64,000 nucleotides of DNA from positions 976 through 64,975 of the forward strand of contig CAIJIT010000315.1 in NCBI GenBank assembly GCA_903820745.1, given 5' to 3'. Below, in pieces: positions 58,915 to 64,000 of this stretch (position 1 is its first letter; each line of letters opens with the position of its first letter). A program made the position numbers and the translations under genes. The DNA is from an uncultured Burkholderiales bacterium. GTDB taxonomy: Bacteria > Pseudomonadota > Gammaproteobacteria > Burkholderiales > Burkholderiaceae_C. The notes under the pieces were generated by a model. That model searched no databases. It was not told the DNA's origin and saw only the letters and a list, made by a program, of their open reading frames with translations.

Positions 58915-60600
58915 ATGCTGCGCCGACTGAGCCTGCGCGATTTCGTCATCGTGCCCGCCTTGGAACTGGACTTCGGCGCCGGTTTTGCGGTGCTGACCGG
59001 CGAGACCGGTGCGGGCAAATCGATTCTGGTCGATGCGCTGCAACTCGCACTTGGCAGCCGCGGCGACTCCGGCGTCGTCCGCGAAGGTGCGCTGCGCGCT
59101 GACATCTCGGCCGAGTTCGATCGCCCCGCGAATCTTGAAGCCTGGCTCGATCAAGCCGGTTTCGAGCTTGAAGGTGATGCCTTGCTGTTGCGCCGCGTGA
59201 TCGACGCCCAGGGCAAGAGCCGCGCCTGGATCAATGGCGGCCCGGCCACCGTGACGCAGCTGCGCGAGCTGGCCGACAGCCTGCTCGACATCCATGGCCA
59301 GCATGCCTGGCAAGGCCTGACCCGGCCCGCATCGGTGCGCGCGCTGCTCGACGGCTTTGCCGGCATCGATCTGACGGCGCTGACGGCACGCTACGGGCAG
59401 TGGAAACAGGCAGGGGATTTGCTCGCCAGCGCCAAGTCGCGCCAGGGCGAACTGGCGCGCGAGCGCGAGCGTCTGGCCTGGCAGATCGGCGAAATCAAGC
59501 GCCTGGCGCCGGGCGAGGATGAATGGGAAAGCCTGAATGCCGAGCATCAGCGCCTGTCGCACGCGCAGTCGCTGCTCGACGCGGTGCGCAGAGCGCTCGA
59601 AGCCGTCAGCGACGCCGAGCCCAGCGCCGAATCGCTCACAGTCAGCGCCTTGAACCAGCTCGAAAACGTGCTCGATTACGACGCCTTGCTGGCGCCTGCA
59701 GTCGACGCGCTGCGCGGCGCGCAGGCGCAGCTGCAGGATGCCGCACATGAGTTGAACGCCTATCTGCGCCGCACCGAGGTCGAGCCCGAGCGGATGCAAA
59801 TGCTGGACGAGCGGGTTTCGGACTGGCTGACGCTGGCGCGCCGCTACCGCCGCCCGCCCGCCGAGTTGCCGGCCATGCACCAGCAATGGCGCGAAGAGCT
59901 CGAAGCACTCGACGCCGCCAGCGACCTGGCTTCGCTCGAGCTGGCTTTGTCTGCGGCACGCCAAGCTTTCGACACCGAGGCCGGCCGCGTCAGCAGCGCG
60001 CGGGCTGCAGCGGCGCCGCAACTGGCAGCGGCTGTAACGCAAACAATGCAGAATCTGGGTATGAACGGCGGAATATTCGAAATCAATCTGGCAGCCCAGG
60101 AACAGCCGCAAAGCTTCGGCTTGGAGTCGGCTGAATTTCTGGTCGCAGGCCATGCCGGCAGCACACCCAGGCCTTTGTCCAAGGTGGCCTCGGGTGGCGA
60201 GCTGTCGCGGATCTCGCTGGCGATCTCGGTGACGACTTGCCTGCAGCAGCGCGCCGGGGTTGAAACGCTGATCTTTGACGAGATCGATGCTGGCGTTGGT
60301 GGCGCGGTGGCCGAAACAGTCGGGCGCCTGATGAAGCAACTCGGGCACTCGGTGCAGGTGCTGGCCGTCACCCATTTGCCCCAGGTCGCGGCTTGCGCCG
60401 ACCAGCATCTGCTGGTCTCCAAGACTTCGCATGCCGGGCTGACCAGCAGCGATGTGCAACCGGTTGCCGGCGCCGCCCGGGTCGCAGAAATCGCACGGAT
60501 GCTGGGCGGTGAGCGGATCTCCACCACCAGCCTGGCCCATGCCCAGGAAATGCTCGACTTGTCGAACGATGTCGCTGCAGCACCAAGGGTTCTCCAATGA
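58915..60600 (+). CDS. recN: DNA repair protein RecN
   Basis: [33 protein letters not shown]. Confidence 0.96.
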   Translation: MLRRLSLRDFVIVPALELDFGAGFAVLTGETGAGKSILVDALQLALGSRGDSGVVREGALRADISAEFDRPANLEAWLDQAGFELEGDALLLRRVIDAQGKSRAWINGGPATVTQLRELADSLLDIHGQHAWQGLTRPASVRALLDGFAGIDLTALTARYGQWKQAGDLLASAKSRQGELARERERLAWQIGEIKRLAPGEDEWESLNAEHQRLSHAQSLLDAVRRALEAVSDAEPSAESLTVSALNQLENVLDYDALLAPAVDALRGAQAQLQDAAHELNAYLRRTEVEPERMQMLDERVSDWLTLARRYRRPPAELPAMHQQWREELEALDAASDLASLELALSAARQAFDTEAGRVSSARAAAAPQLAAAVTQTMQNLGMNGGIFEINLAAQEQPQSFGLESAEFLVAGHAGSTPRPLSKVASGGELSRISLAISVTTCLQQRAGVETLIFDEIDAGVGGAVAETVGRLMKQLGHSVQVLAVTHLPQVAACADQHLLVSKTSHAGLTSSDVQPVAGAARVAEIARMLGGERISTTSLAHAQEMLDLSNDVAAAPRVLQ

Positions 60601-61511
60601 TCAACAAAGCGCCGGAGCAAACTGCCGAGAAGCGGCAAAGCGAAGTCGTGCTGGTCACCGGCATGGCGGGCGGTGGCAAATCGGTGGCCATGCATGCGCT
60701 GGAGGATGCCGGCTTTTTCTGCGTCGACAACCTGCCAGCCGAGTTGCTGCTGGACTTCCTGGCGCTTGAAAAACAGCGCGGTAAACGCCGCGTGGCGATC
60801 TCGGTCGATGTGCGCAGTGCCGGCTCGCTGCCGCTGCTGCTGCCTCTGTTGAAGCAATTGCGGGCTTCAGGGGTGTCAGTTTGTTCGGTTTTTCTCGATG
60901 CCAATACCGAGGCGCTGATGCGGCGCTTCTCCGAAACCCGCCGGCCGCATCCGCTGCGCCAGGATCACGATCATGCGGAGCAAGGCAATGACGCGCATCT
61001 GGCGCTGCTCGAGGCCATCGCGCTTGAACGCGAGATGTTGGCGGCATTGCGCGTTGAGTCGACCGTCATCGACACCAGCTTGCTGCGCCCCGCCCTGCTG
61101 CGTACCTGGGTCCGCGATCTGGTCGGGGTTGCAAGCGACTCGCTGACCCTGGTGTTTGAATCCTTCGCCTTCAAGCATGGTGTGCCCAGCGATGCCGATT
61201 TCGTCTTCGACGTGCGGGTGCTGCCCAATCCCTATTACGACCGCGAATTGCGCCCGCTGAACGGCCGCGATGCGCCAGTGGCGGCTTATCTCGCTGCCCA
61301 GCCTGAGGTCGGGCTGATGCTCAAGCAGATCGGCGAATTTCTGACCTGCTGGCTGCCGAACTTCGCCGCTGACCAGCGCAGTTACCTGACGGTTGCCATC
61401 GGTTGCACGGGCGGCCAGCACCGCTCGGTCTACCTGGTCGAAACATTGGTCAAGCAATTCGCCGGCCATGGCCAGGTGCTGAAACGCCACCGTGAGCTTG
61501 ACGCGCGCTAG
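60597..61511 (+). CDS. rapZ: RNase adapter RapZ (YhbJ)
   Basis: [35 protein letters not shown]. Confidence 0.93.
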   Translation: MINKAPEQTAEKRQSEVVLVTGMAGGGKSVAMHALEDAGFFCVDNLPAELLLDFLALEKQRGKRRVAISVDVRSAGSLPLLLPLLKQLRASGVSVCSVFLDANTEALMRRFSETRRPHPLRQDHDHAEQGNDAHLALLEAIALEREMLAALRVESTVIDTSLLRPALLRTWVRDLVGVASDSLTLVFESFAFKHGVPSDADFVFDVRVLPNPYYDRELRPLNGRDAPVAAYLAAQPEVGLMLKQIGEFLTCWLPNFAADQRSYLTVAIGCTGGQHRSVYLVETLVKQFAGHGQVLKRHRELDAR

Positions 61512-61524
61512 CCTCCACCAGCCC

Positions 61525-62547
61525 TCAAGCGATCATCTTTTTCAATGGTGTCGGCAGGGCGTAATCGGCCAGTTGCTCGCGTGCGACCCAGATGCCGGCC
61601 GGCGCCAGCAGCGGATCTTGTGAAATTTCGGCCCGCTGGGTATGCAGCAGCCAGTCGAAATGGGTTAGCGCATGCTTGATCTGCGGCATCACCTCGAGCT
61701 GTGCATCCAGTTCTTTGGCAGCCAGCTTCAGGGTCGCCAGATCATCGTATAGCGGCAGGCTCCAGAGCCCGGCCCAGACGCCGGTGGCGGGACGCTGCTG
61801 CAGCAACACCCGACCGTGGTGCTCGAGCCATAGCCACCAGTTTTCGCGTTGCCCGCGCTTGAGCTTGCGGGTCTTCACCGGATAGCGGCCGGGCTCGCTG
61901 CGGCCGGCACAAAGCTCGTTGACAGGGCAAAGCAGGCATTGCGGCGAACGCGCCGTGCAAAGCGTCGCCCCGAGGTCCATCACGCCCTGGGTATAGCGCT
62001 CGATGTCGCGCTCGGGCAGCAAGGCCGTCGCATGCAGCCAGAGTTGGCGCTCCTGCGCGCTGCTGGCCAGATCGCCGTCGAAAGCAAGCAACCTGCCCAG
62101 CACCCGTTTGACATTGCCGTCGAGGATCGCCACCCGCTCGCCAAAGCAAAAGGCCGCAATCGCAGCAGCGGTCGAACGGCCAATGCCGGGCAGCAGTTGC
62201 AACTCGATCGAATGGCGCGGGAATTGCCCGCCAGGCAGTCGGGCCACCGCCTGGGCACAGGCATGCAGATTGCGCGCCCGGCTGTAATAGCCCAGGCCGG
62301 CCCATAGCGCCAGCACCTCGTCGAGCGAGGCTGCGGCCAAGTCAGCAACCGCCGGAAAGCGCTCCAGAAAGCGCTGGTAATAGCCCAGCACCGTCGCCAC
62401 CTGGGTCTGCTGCAGCATGATTTCCGACAACCAGACCCGGTAAGGGTCGCGGGTGTTCTGCCAGGGCAGCTGATGGCGGCCATGCTGTTTTTGCCAGGCC
62501 ACCAGCAGCGGGGCGAACTGCAGCGGCAGGCTTATTTCTTTTGACAT
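61525..62547 (-). CDS. mutY: A/G-specific adenine glycosylase
   Basis: [33 protein letters not shown]-x6-C-x2-C-x5-C. Confidence 0.96.
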   Translation of the reverse strand: MSKEISLPLQFAPLLVAWQKQHGRHQLPWQNTRDPYRVWLSEIMLQQTQVATVLGYYQRFLERFPAVADLAAASLDEVLALWAGLGYYSRARNLHACAQAVARLPGGQFPRHSIELQLLPGIGRSTAAAIAAFCFGERVAILDGNVKRVLGRLLAFDGDLASSAQERQLWLHATALLPERDIERYTQGVMDLGATLCTARSPQCLLCPVNELCAGRSEPGRYPVKTRKLKRGQRENWWLWLEHHGRVLLQQRPATGVWAGLWSLPLYDDLATLKLAAKELDAQLEVMPQIKHALTHFDWLLHTQRAEISQDPLLAPAGIWVAREQLADYALPTPLKKMIA

Positions 62548-63359
62548 GAAGAACAGAAAAATGTCGAACGTTGACCCTGGGTGATGCGCTTGATCGGCTT
62601 GGAGCAGACCAGGCAGGGCTGGCCCTCGCGGCCATAGACCCTGGCCTGCATCTGGAAGCTGCCGGCCACGCCATGGGCATCGCGGAAATCGCGCAAGGTC
62701 GTGCCGCCCGCAGCCAGCGCGTCGCCCAGCACACCGCGAACCGCTTGCGCCAGCCTCTCGGCGCGCGGCCGACTCACCCTTGCCGCCGGCAGACGCGGGT
62801 CGATGCCGGCCAGAAACAGCGCTTCGCAAGCGTAGATATTGCCGGCGCCGACGACGATATTGCCGGCCAGCAATGCCAGCTTGACCGCCACGCGGCGGCC
62901 GCTGAAGCCGGCATGCAGATGAGTGCCATCGAATCGGGGGTCGAAAGGTTCAATCCCCAAGCCGGCCAGCAGCTTGGCCGCCGGCGCAACCGTCAGCGCC
63001 TTCGACCAGACCACGGCACCAAAGCGGCGCGGGTCGGTCAGGCGCAGCAGGCCTCGATCAGTCTGCAGATCAAAATGGTCATGCGGCCCAGGTGAATTGC
63101 CGCCAGCCGTGAATGCCAGCGACCCCGACATGCCCAGATGCAGCAGCAGGCCGCCGGTCGCCTCGGGCTTGGAAATCGGCAGCCAAAGGTACTTGCCGCG
63201 CCGCGTCACCGCGCCGATCCGGCCACCGATCAGGCTCTCGCAAGGCAGGCCGATCGGCCAGCGCAGCGGCTTGCCAAGCCTTGCTTGCAGGACTGTTGCA
63301 CCCTCAATGGCATCGGCAAAGCTGCGGCGGGTGACTTCGACTTCAGGCAGTTCAGGCAT
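62532..63359 (-). CDS. mutM: Fpg DNA glycosylase
   Basis: [29 protein letters not shown]-terminal Zn finger. Overlaps the mutY start by 16 nt. Confidence 0.97.
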   Translation of the reverse strand: MPELPEVEVTRRSFADAIEGATVLQARLGKPLRWPIGLPCESLIGGRIGAVTRRGKYLWLPISKPEATGGLLLHLGMSGSLAFTAGGNSPGPHDHFDLQTDRGLLRLTDPRRFGAVVWSKALTVAPAAKLLAGLGIEPFDPRFDGTHLHAGFSGRRVAVKLALLAGNIVVGAGNIYACEALFLAGIDPRLPAARVSRPRAERLAQAVRGVLGDALAAGGTTLRDFRDAHGVAGSFQMQARVYGREGQPCLVCSKPIKRITQGQRSTFFCSSCQKK

Positions 63360-63435
63360 GCTCGCATGATATCGGGGCAGAATGGCCGGCCAGCTCCGCT
63401 TCGAAGCCGGCAGAATATTCACGCAGGAATCATCA

Positions 63436-64000
63436 ATGCCAAAGCATTTCAGCCGCATCGCCTTCTTGGCCGCAAGCTTGATCGCAGGTTGCGCGCTGGC
63501 AAGCACCACCGGCACCAAGGTCGACAGCGCGGCAGCAACGTCAGCCAATTCCGAGATGGATGCGCCGCTGTTCTATCAGCTGCTGGTGGGCGAAATGGAG
63601 TTGCGCTCGGGCCAGCCGGGCGTGGCGTTCCAGGTGCTGCTCGACGCCGCCCGGCGTACCCATGACGAAGTGCTGTTCCAGCGCGTCGTCACGATCGCCA
63701 TCCAGGCACGCGCTGGTGATCAGGCCTTGATCGCTGCCAAGGCCTGGCGCGAGGCGATTCCCGGCTCGATCGAGGCGAACAAGACCACGCTGCAGTTGCT
63801 GGCCTTGCTGAACCGGCCGGCCGAAGTACTCGAACCCTTGCGTGCGCTGCTCGCAGTCACAGCCAAGGATCAGCGCGGTGGCGTGCTGGTGTCGCTGCCG
63901 ATCTTGTTCCAGCAGGCGGCCGAGCCCAAACTGGTTTACAAGGTTCTGAGCCCCTTGCTGCAGTTGGCCGCAACAAGGCCCGAGACCAAGCTGGCAGCCA
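63436..64000 (+). CDS. TPR-repeat envelope lipoprotein (3' end runs off the window)
   Basis: [19 protein letters not shown] lipobox, [19 protein letters not shown]. This type usually lies divergent from mutM and upstream of lolB. Confidence 0.75.
   Translation, partial: MPKHFSRIAFLAASLIAGCALASTTGTKVDSAAATSANSEMDAPLFYQLLVGEMELRSGQPGVAFQVLLDAARRTHDEVLFQRVVTIAIQARAGDQALIAAKAWREAIPGSIEANKTTLQLLALLNRPAEVLEPLRALLAVTAKDQRGGVLVSLPILFQQAAEPKLVYKVLSPLLQLAATRPETKLAA

Noticed and set aside
39-63665. Hundreds of long overlapping or antisense ORFs (e.g. 2781-3842, 4495-5736, 9482-10444, 58807-60597)
   Set aside because: Shadow ORFs expected at high GC opposite well-supported genes. They are Arg/Ala/Gly-rich with no motifs.
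1-64000. CRISPR array, rRNA, intact IS or prophage genes, retron or reverse transcriptase
   Set aside because: No regularly spaced repeats, transposase, phage structural or RT motifs were found on reading either strand.

Overview
GC-rich betaproteobacterial chromosome segment. Gene content and order suggest Burkholderiales, possibly a Roseateles/Paucibacter-like lineage (inference). Core blocks in order: osmC-like gene and ilvA, with an anti-Shine-Dalgarno small RNA between them; a complete type II secretion cluster (gspC divergent from gspGHIJKLMNDEF) plus a 5'-nucleotidase; tyrS, M23 peptidase, anmK, erpA; rplM-rpsI; GNAT, srkA, htpG (sigma32 promoter), DAHP synthase, tldD; rsmI, yraN, SIS protein, BON protein; a pilT broken by a stop plus frameshift; yggS; a tetronate catabolic operon (ltnD-otnK-otnC-otnI-denD) divergent from a sugar-type ABC importer; gluconokinase, two c-type cytochromes, rbgA; and hrcA, nadK, recN, rapZ, mutY, mutM and a TPR lipoprotein. 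From about 45.1 to 56.8 kb lies an accessory region ending at tRNA-Ile2(CAU). It holds an integrase remnant, one intact HipBA-like module, three RelE/HigB-type modules whose toxins are all broken, and an AT-richer block of poorly characterised genes (ATP-grasp protein, Zn-ribbon/TM/TPR protein, kup, a secreted three-repeat protein, a small lipoprotein). No CRISPR array, rRNA or intact transposase was seen. I found no unambiguous new system. The best leads are the anti-SD sRNA with a PhaR-like box, a recurrent leaderless-mRNA signature, the decayed TA cluster, and the ATP-grasp/TPR pair.
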